From: Felis catus
Lineage: Eukaryota
Length of the DNA: 64,000 nucleotides
NCBI RefSeq assembly: GCF_018350175.1
Contig: NC_058368.1
Span: forward strand, 229,526,001 to 229,590,000
Direction: 5' to 3'
The notes beneath the pieces are model-generated. The model saw only the letters and a program-made list of their open reading frames with translations, had not been told where the DNA came from and made no database searches. The translations under genes and the position numbers were made by a program. Shown here one piece after another: positions 24,570 through 38,420 of the stretch (the first letter of the stretch is position 1; each line of letters opens with the position of its first letter).

Positions 24570-24820
24570 GGAGTGCCTGGGTGGCTCAATTGGTTAAGCA
24601 TCCAACTCCTGATTTCAGCTCAGGTCATGATTTCACGGTTCATGAGATCAAGCCTTGCATCAGGCTCTGCACGGAGAACACAGAGCCTGCTTGGGATTCT
24701 CTCTCTTCCCCTCTCCCTGCCTCTTCCCCTCTCCCTGCCTCTTCCCCACTCACTCTTTCTCTCTTTTGCTCTCTCTCTCAAATACAAATAAATATTTTTT
24801 TTAAAAAATTTTAAATCGAA
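24570..24820 (+). mobile_element. Can-SINE
   Basis: Canonical; 18-bp tandem duplication in the CT tract. Confidence 0.95.
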
Positions 24821-25267
24821 TAAAAACATTCTAATGGGTTTAACTGAGCCCAGATGTTCTTATGAAAAACAAGCAAAAAGGAAATAAAAAGTTGCAAACT
24901 CACCATATATTATAGTTTCCTTTACAACAGATACATTGTTATCACATATTAAATAGCATAGGAATGCTTTCCTTCTTAATAAATATTAAAAGCATTCAAT
25001 TGGAATACTCTTTTAATTTCATATATAAAACATGTAACTTTTTCTACTAGATTCCAGATTGGTTAAATCAAGAAACCTAATAGATGGTGTTTAGATAAAA
25101 GCCAAATAAACTTTTGAATATGAGTTCATAATTTAAGTGAGATGCTATTACAAATGTATATATAAGTATTGAAACTGGTCAGTAGCCTGCTAAAAGAATG
25201 CAGTTCATATGTGTGTGTAAAGCAAGGGGATGCTGTTGAAGAAAAACAAAGTTGCATTCTCTTTAAA

Positions 25268-25570
25268 CTTTTTAAATTTTGAGATAATTGCAGACTCACA
25301 TGCAGTTGTAAGTACCAATATAGAGAGATCTTATGTATGCTTTACCAGTTTCTTCCAATGATAATATCTGGTGGGACTGTAATATAATATCACAACCATT
25401 ATAATGACATTGGTGGAATCCACAGATTTTATTCAAATTTCACTTGTGCTTGTGTTTGTATTTAGTTCTATTCAGTTTTATCACACCTGTAGGTTTGTGT
25501 ACCCACCAGCACAGTCAAGATGCAGAACACTTCCATCATTTAAGGATCCCTATGTCACCCTTTTATAGCT
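25268..25570 (-). mobile_element. Old L1 (L1MB/L1MC-like) 3'UTR fragment
   Basis: TTTGAGATAATTGCAGACTCACATGCAGTTGTAAG... matches recalled L1M 3' end. Confidence 0.75.
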
Positions 25571-25717
25571 ATGAATCATTTTAATTTCCCAAATGATGGA
25601 AGTCAAAATGAAAATGAAAGAAAAAGACTTTAAGGAAAATGAAAAAGGTAACAAACTAGGAGGAGAATTAGTAAGACACAAAAGAAGACAACAGGAAAGA
25701 AACATAGATAATGAATG

Positions 25718-26235
25718 CCTTGGCCTGGTTTTCTCCCAGAAAGCAGAGCCTTGAACAAAAACTCATATATAAGTCATTAATTTGGGGAACTGATACCAAG
25801 GAATCAGAATAAGATACTGGGAAGACTAAGACACAGAAGGTGGAAAAGTCAATTGAACTGTCTGACTTTCAAGCAGATCACCACTGAGGGTAAATGGAGT
25901 TTGATCCTGCTGGGACACTAAAAGGAATGATGTAGAATGCCCCCACAGAATTCACCAGCAATGGGACAGAAGGGTGAGTGCCCCACTGGCCAAAGGCTGG
26001 CTCACAGGGCATTAATTCCATACTTCTAGATACTCACATGCCACGGTCGGAGCCAAGCAGATCCTACGGAGAGCCCTGCCACAGCATCTGAGAAGGTCCA
26101 GGACAACTATTCACACGTGGTGCCGCCGAGAACGATACAGTAGAGTTAATCTTTGAGAAACTGGTTGACAGAGTGAAGGATGCAGCATACAGTGGACTGA
26201 GCAGAGCTGAGGTGGCGTGAGAAGCGTCAGACACC
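25718..26235. mobile_element. Old ERVL LTR (LTR16/LTR33-like)
   Basis: CCCAGAAAGCAGAGCCTTGAACAA...AAGTCATTAATTTGGGGAACTGAT resembles a recalled terminus. Confidence 0.55.
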
Positions 26236-26471
26236 CCGAGTTTCATAGATGAAACAAGACAGCCATGGCTTACTTATAAGCAAACTCCTCTCAGACAGGA
26301 CCCCAGTCACACTTACAGTGACTTCCATCAAGTGACTCGGAAAGTCTCTGATAAATTCTTCTAAAGTATCTTCCTTAAGGAATTGTTCAAGTAGACTTTA
26401 CTCTAGATTCTCCTTTCTGGAAAGAAATCAACACGAAACAATTAAAAGTGAATAACCACGAGGAGAAGCGG

Positions 26472-26483
26472 CAAGATGGCGGC
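26472..26483 (+). promoter_or_regulatory. YY1 site at the L1 5' end (internal Pol II promoter)
   Basis: CAAGATGGCGGC about 12 nt from the element start, the known position of the L1 YY1 site. Confidence 0.85.
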
Positions 26484-27390
26484 TTAGGAGGACGCTGGGC
26501 TCACCGCGAGTCCTGCTGATCACTTAGATTCCACCTACACCTGCCTAAATAACCCAGAAAACCGCCAGAGGATTAGCAGAACGGAGTCACTGGAGCCAAA
26601 CGCAGACGAGAGGCCCACGGAAGAGGGTAGGAAGGGCGGCGAGGCGGTGCGCGCTCCATGGACTGGTGGGAGGGAGCCGGGGCGGAGGGGCGGCCTGCCG
26701 GCCCAGCAGAGCCCCCACGTCTGGCTTGCAAAAGCGGAGGGGCCTGACGGACTGTGCTCCCACAACAAGCGCGACTTAGCGTCTGGGAGGTCATAAGTTA
26801 ACAGCTCTGCTCGGAAAGCGGGAAGGCTGGAGGACAAAGGGAGGGAGAGCTGCTGAGCCCCCGGAAGACAGAGCTCAGCTTGGTGGGGAACAAAGGCACT
26901 CGCCAGCGCCATCTCCCCCGCCCATCCCCCAGCCAAAATCCCAAAGAGAACCAGTTCCTGCCAGGGAACTTGCTCACTCCGCGCAAACACCCAACTCTGT
27001 GCTTCTGCGGAGCCAAACCTCCGGCAGCGGATCTGACTCCCTCCCGCTGCCACAGGGCCCCTCCTGAAGAGGATCACCTAAGGAGAAGCGATCTAAGCCT
27101 GCCCCTCCTGCCCCCGTGCACCTTGCCTACCCACCCCAGCTAATACGCCAGATCCCCAGCATCACAAGCCTGGCAGTGTGCAAGTAGCCCAGACGGGCCA
27201 CGCCACCCCACAGTGAATCCCGCCCCTAGGAGAGGGGAAGAGAAACCACACACCAGTCTGACTGTGGCCCCAGCGGTGGGCTGGGGGCAGACATCAGGTC
27301 TGACTGCGGCCCCGCCCACCAACTCCAGTTATACACCACAACACAGGGGAAGGGCCCTGCAGGTCCTCACCACGCCAGGGACTATCCAAA

Positions 27391-28284
27391 ATGACCAAGC
27401 GGAAGAATTCCCCTCAGAAGAATCTCCAGGAAATAACAACAGCTAATGAGCTGATCAAAAAGGATTTAAATAATATCACAGAAAGTGAATTTAGAATAAT
27501 AGTCATAAAATTAATCGCTGGGCTTGAAAACAGTATACAGGACAGCAGAGAATCTCTTGCTACAGAGATCAAGGGACTAAGGAACAGTCAGGAGGAGCTG
27601 AAAAACGCTTTAAACGAAATGCATAACAAAATGGAAACCACCACAGCTCGGCTTGAAGAGGCAGAGGAGAGAATAGGTGAACTAGAGGATAAAGTTATGG
27701 AAAAAGAGGAAGCTGAGAAAAAGAGAGATAAAAAAATCCAGGAGTATGAGGGGAAAATTAGAGAACTAAGTGATACACTAAAAAGAAATAATATACGCAT
27801 AATTGGTATCCCAGAGGAGGAAGAGAGAGGGAAAGGTGCTGAAGGGGTACTTGAAGAAATAATAGCTGAGAACTTCCCTGAACTGGGGAAGGAAAAAGGC
27901 ATTGAAATCCAAGAGGCACAGAGAACTCCCTTCAGACGTAACTTGAATCGATCTTCTGCATGACATATCATAGTGAAACTGGCAAAATACAAGGATAAAG
28001 AGAAAATTCTGAAAGCAGCAAGGGGTAAACGTGCCCTCACATATAAAGGGAGACCTATAAGACTCGTGACTGATCTCTCTTTTGAAACTTGGCAGGCCAG
28101 AAAGAAGTGGCAGGAGATTTTCAGGGTGCTAGACAGAAAAAATATGCAGCCGAGAATCCTTTACCCAGCAAGTCTGTCATTTAGAATAGAAGGAGAGATA
28201 AAGGTTTTCCCAAACAAACAAAAACTGAAGGAATTTGTCACCACTAAACCAGCCCTACAAGAGATCCTAAGGGGGACCCTGTGA
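27391..28284 (+). pseudogene. L1 ORF1p (coiled-coil RNA-binding protein), interrupted by one premature stop
   Basis: ORFs 27391-27963 and 27973-28284 are in the same frame, split only by TGA at 27961-27963 where R of R-H-I-I-V-K is expected; motifs RNNIRIIGIPEEEE, KILKAAR, YPASLSF. Confidence 0.96.
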
Positions 28285-28334
28285 GACAAAGTCCCAGAGA
28301 CATCGCTACAAGCATAAAACATACAGACATCACA

Positions 28335-31300
28335 ATGACTCTAAACCCGTATCTTTCTATAATAACACTGAATGTAAATGGATTAAATGCGCCAACCAAA
28401 AGACATAGGGTATCAGAATGGATAAAAAAACAAGACCCATCTATTTGCTGTCTACAAGAGACTCATTTTAGACCTGAGGACACCTTTAGATTGAGAGTGA
28501 GGGGATGGAGAACTATTTATCATGCGACTGGAAGCCAAAAGCAAGCTGGAGTAGCCATACTTATATCAGACAAACTAGACTTTAAAGTAAAGGCTGTAAC
28601 AAGAGATGAGGAAGGACATTATATAATAGTTACAGGGTCTATCCATCAGGAAGAGCTAACAATTATAAATGTCTATGCGCCGAATACCGGAGCCCCCAAA
28701 TATATAAAACAATTACTCATAAACATAAGCAACCTTATTGATAAGAATGTGGTAATTGCAGGGGACTTTAACACCCCACTTACAGAAATGGACAGATCAT
28801 CTAGACACACGGTCAATAAAGAAACAAGGGCCCTGAATGAGACATTGGATCAGATGGACTTGACAGATATATTTAGAACGCTGCATCCCAAAGCAACAGA
28901 ATATACTTTCTTCTCGAGTGCACATGGAACATTCTCCAAGATAGATCATATACTGGGTCACAAAACAGCCCTTCATAAGTTTACAAGAATTGAAATTATA
29001 CCATGCATACTTTCAGACAACAATGCTATGAAGCTTGAAATCAACCACAGAAAAAAGTCTGGAAAACCTCCAAAGGCATGGAGGTTAAAGAACACCCTAC
29101 TAACGAATGAGTGGGTCAACCAGGCAATTAGAGAAGAAATTAAAAAATATATGGAAACAAACGAAAATGAAAATACAACAATCCAAACGCTTTGGGACGC
29201 AGCGAAGGCAGTCCTGAGAGGAAAATACATTGCAATCCAGGCCTATCTCAAGAAACAAGAAAAATCCCAAATACAAAATCTAACAGCACACCTAAAGGAA
29301 CTAGAAGCAGAACAGCAAAGGCAGCCTAAACCCAGCAGAAGAAGAGAAATAATAAAGATCAGAGCAGAAATAAACAATATAGAATCTAAAAAAACTGTAG
29401 AGCAGATCAACGAAACCAAGAGTTGGTTTTTTGAAAAAATAAACAAAATTGACAAACCTCTAGCCAGGCTTCTCAAAAAGAAAAGGGAAATGACCCAAAT
29501 AGATAAAATCATGAATGGAAATGGAAGTATTACAACCAATCCCTCAGAGATACAAACAATTATCAGGGAATACTATGAAAAATTATATGCCAACAAATTG
29601 GACAACCTGGAAGAAATGGACCAATTCCTGAACACCCACACTCTTCCAAAACTCAATCAGGAGGAAATAGAAAGCTTGAACAGACCCATAACCAGCGAAG
29701 AAATTGAATCGGTTATCAAAAATCTCCCAACAAATAAGAGTCCAGGACCAGATGGCTTCCCAGGGGAGTTCTACCAGACGTTTAAAGCAGAGATAATACC
29801 TATCCTTCTCAAGCTATTCCAAGAAATAGAAAGGGAAGGAAAACTTCCAGACTCATTCCATGAAGCCAGTATTACTTTGATTCCTAAACCAGACAGAGAC
29901 CCAGTAAAAAAAGAGAACTACAGGCCAATATCCCTGATGAATATGGATGCAAAAATTCTCAATAAGATACTAGCAAATCGAATTCAACGGCATATAAAAA
30001 GAATGATTCACCATGATCAAGTGGGATTCATTCCTGGGATGCAGGGCTGGTTCAACATTCGCAAATCAATCAACGTGATACATCACATTAACAAAAAAAA
30101 AAAAAGAGAAGAACCATATGATCCTGTCAATCGATGCAGAAAAGGCCTTTGACAAAATCCAGCACCCTTTCTTAATAAAAACCCTTGAGAAAGTCGGGAT
30201 AGAAGGAACATACTTAAAGATCATAAAAGCCATTTATGAAAAGCCCACAGCTAACATCATCCTCAACGGGGAAAAACTGAGAGCTTTTTCCCTGAGATCA
30301 GGAACACGACAAGGATGCCCACTCTCACCGCTGCTGTTTAACATAGTGCTGGAAGTTCTAGCATCAGCAATCAGACAACAAAAGGAAATCAAAGGCATCC
30401 AAATTGGCAAAGATGAAGTCAAGCTTTCGCTTTTTGCAGATGACATGATATTATACATGGAAAATCCGATAGACTCCACCAAAAGTCTGCTAGAACTGAT
30501 ACAGGAATTCAGCAAAGTTGCAGGATACAAAATCAGTGTACAGAAATCAGTTGCACTCTTATACACTAACAATGAAGCAACAGAAAGACAAATAAAGAAA
30601 CTGATCCCATTCACAATTGCACCAAGAAGCATAAAATACCTAGGAATAAATCTAACCAAAGATGTAAAGGATCTGTATGCTGAAAACTATAGAAAGCTTA
30701 TGAAGGAAATTGAAGAAGATTTAAAGAAATGGAAAGACATTCCCTGCTCATGGATTGGAAAAATAAATATTGTCAAAATGTCAATACTACCCAAAGCTAT
30801 CTACACATTCAATGCAATCCCAATCAAAATTGCACCAGCATTCTTCTCGAAACTAGAACAAGCAATCCTAAAATTCATATGGAACCACAAAAGGCCCCGA
30901 ATAGCCAAAGGAATTTTGAAGAAGAAGACCAAAGCAGGAGGCATCACAATCCCAGACTTTAGCCTCTACTACAAAGCTGTCATCATCAAGACAGCATGGT
31001 ATTGGCACAAAAACAGACACATAGACCAATGGAATAGAATAGAAACCCCAAAACTAGACCCACAAACGTATGGCCAACTCATCTTTGACAAAGCAGGAAA
31101 GAACATCCAATGGAAAAAAGACAGCCTCTTTAACAAATGGTGCTGGAAGAACTGGACAGCAACATGCAGAAGGTTGAAACTAGACCACTTTCTCACACCA
31201 TTCACAAAAATAAACTCAAAATGGATAAAGGACCTAAATGTGAGACAGGAAACCATCAAAACCTTAGAGGAGAAAGCAGGAAAAGACCTCTCTGACCTCA

Positions 31301-32163
31301 GCCGTAGCAATCTCTTACTCGACGCATCCCCAAAGGCAAGGGAATTAAAAGCAAAAGTGAATTACTGGGACCTTATGAAGATAAAAAGCTTCTGCACAGC
31401 AAAGGAAACAACCAACAAAACTAAAAGGCAACCAACGGAATGGGAAAAGATATTCGCAAATGACATATCGGACAAAGGGCTAGTATCCAAAATCTATAAA
31501 GAGCTCACCAAACTCCACACCCGAAAAACAAATAACCCAGTGAAGAAATGGGCAGAAAACATGAATAGACACTTCTCTAAAGAAGACATCCGGATGGCCA
31601 ACAGGCACATGAAAAGATGTTCAGCGTCGCTCCTTATCAGGGAAATACAAATCAAAACCACACTCAGGTATCACCTCACGCCAGTCAGAGTGGCCAAAAT
31701 GAACAATTCAGGAGACTATAGATGCTGGAGAGGATGTGGAGAAACGGGAACCCTCTTGCACTGTTGGTGGGAATGCAAATTGGTGCAGCCGCTCTGGAAA
31801 GCAGTGTGGAGGTTCCTCAGAAAATTAAAAATAGACCTACCCTATGACCCAGCAATAGCACTGCTAGGAATTTATCCAAGGGATACAGGAGTCCTGATGC
31901 ATAGGGCCACTTGTACCCCAATGTTCATAGCAGCACTCTCAACAATAGCCAAATTATGGAAAGAGCCTAAATGTCCATCAACTGATGAATGGATAAAGAA
32001 ATTGTGGTTTATATACACAATGGAATATTACGTGGCAATGAGAAAAAATGAAATATGGCCTTTTGTAGCAACGTGGATGGAACTGGAGAGTGTGATGCTA
32101 AGTGAAATAAGCCATACAGAGAAAGACAGATACCATATGGTTTCACTCTTATGTGGATCCTGA
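28335..32163 (+). pseudogene. L1 ORF2p (APE endonuclease, reverse transcriptase, C-terminal Cys/His domain) with one frameshift
   Basis: ATG at 28335 ([16 protein letters not shown]); EN motifs QETH, NVYAP, GDFN, KIDH; RT motifs [34 protein letters not shown]; frame changes in the A13 run at 30093-30105. Confidence 0.97.
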
Positions 32164-32402
32164 GAAACTTAACAGGAACCCATGGGGGAGGGGAAGGAAA
32201 AAAAAAAAACAGGTTAGAGTGGGAGAGAGCCAAAGCATAAGAGACTCTTAAAAACTGAGAACAAACTGAGGGTTGATGGGGGGTGGGAGGGGGGAGAGGG
32301 TGGGGGATGGGTATTGAGGAGGGCACCTTTTGGGATGAGCACTGGGTGTTGTATGGAAACCAATTTGTCACTAAATTTCATATAAAAAAAAATAAAATAA
32401 AA

Positions 32403-32441
<39 letters not shown>

Positions 32442-32524
32442 AGAGTTAAAAAAAAAAGTGAATAAGCACAAAGCTCTGTTTTGCTGGTAGTTTGTAAAAT
32501 GCTTTTAAAAAGACCGGCAGTTTT

Positions 32525-32761
32525 GGGGTGCCTGGGTGGCTCAGTCGGTTGAGCTTCCGACTCCGGCTCAGGTCACAATCTCACAGTTTGTGAGTTCGAG
32601 CCCTGCATCAGGCTTTGCGCTAACAGGTCGGAACCAGGAGCCTGCTTCGGATTCTGTGTCTCCTTCTCTCTCTTTCTCTGTCTCTGTCTCTCTCTCTGCT
32701 CCTCCCCAGCTTGTGCTCTCCCGCTCTCTCAGAAATGAAGAAACATTAAAAAAATTTTTTT
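32525..32761 (+). mobile_element. Can-SINE
   Basis: Canonical head, body and tail. Confidence 0.95.
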
Positions 32762-33299
32762 AAAGGACCAATAGTTTTTTAATGGAGGAAAAGATGACAG
32801 AACTGATTTCAAAATCTTCTTGAGGTCAAACCAAATTACTAGAGTCTCCTGTCACCGAATAATTTAAATTATTTGGTTTTATGTTTTTGCCTAACAAACA
32901 ACTATTATGAGACAATTGAACTAAATAAAATCAAATTTAAAATTATCAAGAGGTTGGTTGGTTGGTCAGTCATGAATTTTAAGGCTCCTCAGGACGCGTA
33001 TCACACAGCGTAAACTAAAATTTTACTGAATTACTTACGTTGGCAATGGTTGGGGTGTGGAGGGGTTGTTTGTGCTGAGGTCAAATAGAGGCAACTGATT
33101 GAGGGTTTCGCTTGATATATTAGATTCAGGTAGTTCTGGCCCTTGAAGTCAGTTAAAGAATCAGGCTATTTTTGAGTACAATAGAATTTCAAAGACTTCA
33201 GAGTGAAAATACTACCAGATTGAAGTTTCTCTGTACTACTTTTCATGCTCTAATCATAAATTCTTCCTTATTTACAAATAGTGTGAGTAGACTGATCAG

Positions 33300-33428
33300 T
33301 AGGTGACCATATAACTTCCCATCACCCTGGATCCTTTAGAGGGTAAAAAGGGAAACGAATAATTCTAATTATTCTAAGTAAAAACTGTAAGTTGGTACTG
33401 TTCTGGGTAAACTAAATGTGTTACCCTA
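33300..33428. mobile_element. MER94-like hAT-Blackjack MITE
   Basis: Ends TAGGTGACCATATAA ... ATGTGTTACCCTA, degenerate terminal inverted repeats. Confidence 0.6.
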
Positions 33429-34092
33429 CTTAGAAAGGCTCTGAGAGAATCTTTAAAAGCAGCTCTCTTGTTTGTCTTTTCTAAGCCATAAGACAAGAAT
33501 CATAATAATCACCATTACTGACAACGGTATTCATGGTTGAACCCAAGAGATGCTGAGTTAGATGTTGAGCTGACAGAAGCTAGTGGCAGATAATTACAAA
33601 TAAACCAAAATGAACACTGTTTACCTGGGTAATACTGAACATTCACAAGGCCCTTAGGATCCCCAAAGAAACTGCAAGACTGCCTCACTGGAAGCTTTGT
33701 CTGATAGAAACCAAAGTAGCTTGAATGTCAAGTACTCAGACAAAGCTAGGACCTAAGAGCCAATGAATCCAAAGAATTGAGAGACCTTGTGATTCCTGCA
33801 GCACTGGAAAGTTATAGAATTATGCTTCCTGACACGGTATCCTTCTAATCAGTAGAACCTTAGACAGTGGGGTTGAGAGACCAAAGAAGGCACAGCTCGG
33901 GTCAAATAACTAGGGCATTGAACTAGGGCAATGTTCAAGGAACTCATTATTCCTGCTCCAGGCTGACATGTGAGTGTGCTGAACAGGCCATTAATTTGGC
34001 ACTCTTTTATTATTACTATTGTAGTCAAAAAAGAAAAAGACAAGAAAGAAAAAGGAAGAAAACAACCAAACAACAACAACAACAACACATGA

Positions 34093-34300
34093 GATTTATT
34101 CAAAAACATTTTAAGTGTACAGCAGAGTATTGTTAACAGTAAGCCCAATAAAATATATCATATCTCTAGAACTTTCTTATCTCGCATGGCCAAAACTGTA
34201 TTCTCATTGAATAGCAGCTCCCTATTATTCATCCTCACAGCCCCAACAGCCAACATTTCTACTTTCTGTGTCAATGAATTTGAATTTAGATCCTTCATTT
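34093..34300 (-). mobile_element. Old L1 (L1MA-like) 3' end fragment
   Basis: AAGTGTACAGCAGAGTATTGTTAAC...TCTCTAGAACTT...CTACTTTCTGTGTC. Confidence 0.7.
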
Positions 34301-34407
34301 AAATGATTATTTCAAACTATTGTTCAACAGTTGTTTAGAATGAAAACTAAATGATGAATTAAAGAAAGACAAAGAAAGAGGAACCTCTTGTTCTCTGCCT
34401 ATCTCCC

Positions 34408-34825
34408 TGTGGTAGACTGAATAACCGGCCCCCAAGTGTCCGTGTCCTAATCCCACAACCTGTGAATATGTTATTTTTACATGGCAAAAGGCACTTAGCA
34501 GATCTGTCTAAGGAGAGGATTTTAAGAGTATTTCTGCATTGTTCAGACGGGCTCAATGTAATCACGAGAGGGAAGCAGGAGTGTCAATCAGAGAACGTGA
34601 TACAACAAAGGGAGAGGAGATGTGGTGACAGAGCAGAGGTTGGAATGTCGCCATTGCTGGCATCTGCCAATTGGAAAAGGCGAGGAAACAGACTGTCCTC
34701 CAGACACAATTAATACAGCCCTGCCAACCAATTTTAAACGTCTGACGCCCAGAACAATAAGATACCGTATCTGTTCTATTTGAAGTCACCAAGTCTGTAG
34801 TCATTTGCTACGGCAGCAGGAACAG
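34408..34825 (+). mobile_element. MLT1C/D-like MaLR solo LTR
   Basis: TGTGGTAGACTGAATAA...GTCCTAATCCC...ACCTGTGAATATGTTA...CATGGCAAAAGG; end GTCATTTGCTACGGCAGCAG. Confidence 0.85.
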
Positions 34826-37800
34826 CAGCGAACTTTAGCAAGACTGACCCCAAATTTGAAAACCTCACTCAGCAAAACTAAATACCTGTGGTTACTAGTA
34901 TTGAAAAGATGCAATACAGCATCTTAACCTCACCTGAGCACTCTGACCTCACCAGATCTGGTGAGACTACTGACCTCTCCACATTATCAAAGTTGACATC
35001 ATTAAATGTACAGACTTCTCATGAAAAGAGTGATTTGAACACATTTTCTATTTCTCCCAATATTCCTGGTGATATTTTAGAACCCAGTTGTGTTTTCACG
35101 CCCCCAGGAAACTTAGGCAATGCCAGGTGGATCTGATCCTTAAACTTCCAGGGTTGGAAAGTTACTGGGTAGCCTATGCTTCCTGCCAGAGTATTTTTTT
35201 TCTACTTTATGACAGATGCTATGAAACAGAAGAAGATTTCTCAAAAATCAAAGACAGAGGTTCTTATTTATCATCACCTCCTCCTCTCCTAAACAGGGTA
35301 ATCATTGCAGAGGTCGTTAGACAGGGTCAGATCAGCACTAGAGAGGAACTCAAATGCCATCTTCTCAGTGAGTCTTGCACCAACACTCTTGTTTATACGT
35401 TTCAACTCCTGTGTCCCTTGCCTTGTTGTACTTTTTCTGTGTCCCTTAGCACATCCGCCCTTCCAACTCACTACATATTTTTTCATTTATTGTGCTTGTG
35501 GAGTATTTTCCATCTTCCCATGCTAGAATATAATGCACTAGATCAAGATGTTTATCAAGGATCATTGATGTACCCAAAGACCTATACAGTCTAGTCTGTA
35601 CAGTAACTGTGGCCTGTATACTGACTGTTCTGCTTCACCTCTGAATACAATACCTAAAGGTAACTTGGTATTGTGAACCCTTTTGGGTGAGGGTAAGTAA
35701 AGGTGACTCTGGGTCCCTGTTACTGGATTCTTCCAGAAAGGCTTCTCTGAAGCCGTTTAATCTTGCTGCCGGCCCAAACAGGAGTAAGAATGTATATATA
35801 GACCATTGACAGCTGTCTGAGAGTTAACTCCCCCTGTCTACAAAGTCTCTGCCCCACTCACAACACAGTCTGAGGTTTACCTATGCAGGATGTACCTGCT
35901 TTGGTAGCACATGGACTCTGGGCCTAGGCCACTGCACGATTAGTCAGAGAAGGGAAATTAGCTCAGGGATGGTCTGAGAGAAATGTTTCTTAATAGAGGA
36001 AATCTATACTGAATATTGCCTGACCAGCCCAATTTTTAAGAAACAATGAATATCAAACAAATGGGGGAAAATTTTAGTAAACGAGTAGAGAAACAACAAA
36101 AGGACATTCATAGGCAAAGCAATAAGTAGGATCACGAAGCAGACAGAAGAGAAGTCACAACGATTGGCAAAAGCTACCAAAGCAGAAATCGGAGTGTTTA
36201 GTAACCATAAGTTTGAAACACCAGAGCATGGGTTAGGAGAGCCTTACCACTGAAGGAGTAGCTTCCAGAGCTATGATCGTGTCTGTCAGGTTACTGTTAG
36301 CTACTATATCCTGGATGATGGTGGGGCTGTGCTCTGGAAAGCTCTCGATGAGGCCGCTCAGGTTGACTTCTGTCTCCATTATCTTTGTTCTTACTAACAA
36401 GTATGCAACTTAGGACAAAAACTCAAGTAGAATTTTTAATTACTGTTTATAATAACTGAGGTTATTTCTATTTCTCGCCTCCATTTGGTTGGATGATGGA
36501 AATTTCAACCAAGTCAATTTCTAATCCTCATCCACACTCTTTCCCTGGGGTTGTATCAAATTCCAGGAAGCTTATGTGAAGCAAAGATCTTGGCAACACT
36601 CGGTGTGGGTGCATAAATGATAACAGTGAAGGGTGGATAGGAACTCACCTTCACTAACTTAGGCTGATAAACATGTATGTGTGCATGTACAGAGAGCATG
36701 TATATGTACATGTGTTTTTGTGCATGTATAGAGATCCTTGGATCCTGGATCCACAAAATCTTGAATCCCAAGATCTTTTCACATCTCTCAGCTACTTCTA
36801 GGCATCTTTCACTCCTCAAGCCTTGGGTGCCAAGGCCACATTTCTTAGATTCATCATAAGCCTTTTATCATTACAGTCTCTCTACAATGTTGAGACTCTA
36901 CCTTGGAGAGGTGGTACATTTTCTTTCTGCTCTTACATTCTCTAAATGCATAAAGGCATTTGACTGCACCTTCCCTCACCAATCCTGGGCCTGACTACTT
37001 TACAGGGGAGAGGGGTGATGATTTCAGTGCCTGTTTCCAGAAAACCACAGCATCTTTTCCATATTCACAACTGTCTGCCTTAGTCCTGCTAACCCAGGGC
37101 ATCATTTTCCTGATTCAAGCACAGGAAGCCTTCATCAAAATAGACCCTAAAGTATGTTATTCAAGCTCAGAAACTTATCCATAACTCCCTTCCTCCATGG
37201 ACATTAGAGTTTAAAGCAAGGACCAGTAAGAACTGGCTCTATATTCTGATATGTCGTCCCTTCCCAGAGATGATGGAGGTAGAAAAACCCAATTACCTGA
37301 ATGAGACAAAGTATACAACAATGTTGAAGGAAGAACTTTGATAAATATTTCAGGATAATATGCTGAAATATTCATATTAAAATATGGAAAACTAGGTAAC
37401 CTGAATACTGTGAGTTTCCTAATATAAAAAAGGCTCAACCAATCTCAGATGAAATAAGTTTGCCCTGTAAATCTCTGTAGAAATTTCAGTGTGCACAGTA
37501 TATTATTATGTCTGTTTTTTCTATGGGTATGCAATTTTTCACATAAGGCTTCCAAAACCGGATCAGTTATACATGCATACTTAATCTGAAAAAGCAAATT
37601 AATATGTATTTAGTACCAAAAATAAAGTGTATCAAGGTCATGAATAATTGTATAACTATTTAATATTATCTTACACTTGCATCTGTGACGATAATTTTTG
37701 CAGGCAATATAACCCTCTCACATTCCAGAGTTTGAGAAATCATTAAAATAGCTTCAATGAAATATTAACATTGTACATTGGCATTTACAAAGCACTCCTT

Positions 37801-38420
37801 AGTATATTGCTGCAGTCAAATTTTATAGGAGAAATTGACTGGGAACTTTAAGTGAATCAATTTTAAAGTGTTAAATCTTTCTTCTTCCCTAAAATGAAGG
37901 ATGTGCATGGGAGTATGAGCTTGGTGCCCCAGTGCTCGCTGCAGTAGTAACTTTACAGCGACTAAACCGTTAGAGTAATTTCTGAAGCTACAGAGATTTA
38001 CCTTTCACCTTGCAAGACTTATTTGATATACCAGGCATCAAATCCTGTCTTGATTCTACTCCAGAGGCAGCTATATTTCAATCTGTGGACTGTTTTAGCA
38101 ATCTTTGGTGGGCTTACACATATGATCTGAAGAACTGTTTATTGCATGTGAAAATATTCGTTTTTTAGTGGTTTCCGCTATGATTCGTTTTTCAAGTAAT
38201 ACTTCTATTGGAGTCAGAGATTTCCTATCTTCTCTTTGTTGATGCTTTTTGTAATATGGCTGCAGCATTACTTTGTATTCCAAGAAAACATTCAGTTTCT
38301 CTAGAGTTTTCCTCTTTCTCCCTAGTTACATGGCAACCATATTCAAAACTTAAACACTTCATCAAGACTCTAACACCTTGCCAATCCAGGTCTGGAAAGG
38401 CAACCGTGTTTTGTTTCTTT

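Larger units (their letters stand above)
26460..32453 (+). mobile_element. Full-length young LINE-1 (felid type): 5'UTR, ORF1, ORF2, 3'UTR, A-rich tail
   Basis: CpG-rich 5'UTR starting GAGGAGAAGCGGCAAGATGGCGG; ORF1 and ORF2 homology; G-rich 3'UTR; (AAAT)n tail; TSD AAAAGTGAATAA(C/G)CAC at 26444-26459 and 32454-32469, preceded by TT (TT/AAAA endonuclease site). Confidence 0.98.

Noticed and set aside
26535..27077. 180-aa antisense ORF in the L1 5'UTR (possible ORF0 analogue)
   Set aside because: Starts at GTG, not ATG; long stop-free frames are expected in GC-rich DNA; no recognisable motif
27588..31310. Several 60-150 aa antisense ORFs over L1 ORF1/ORF2
   Set aside because: Shadow ORFs of the A-rich L1 coding strand
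35088..35594. 168-aa ORF
   Set aside because: Non-ATG start, partly over L2-like sequence, no recognisable domain
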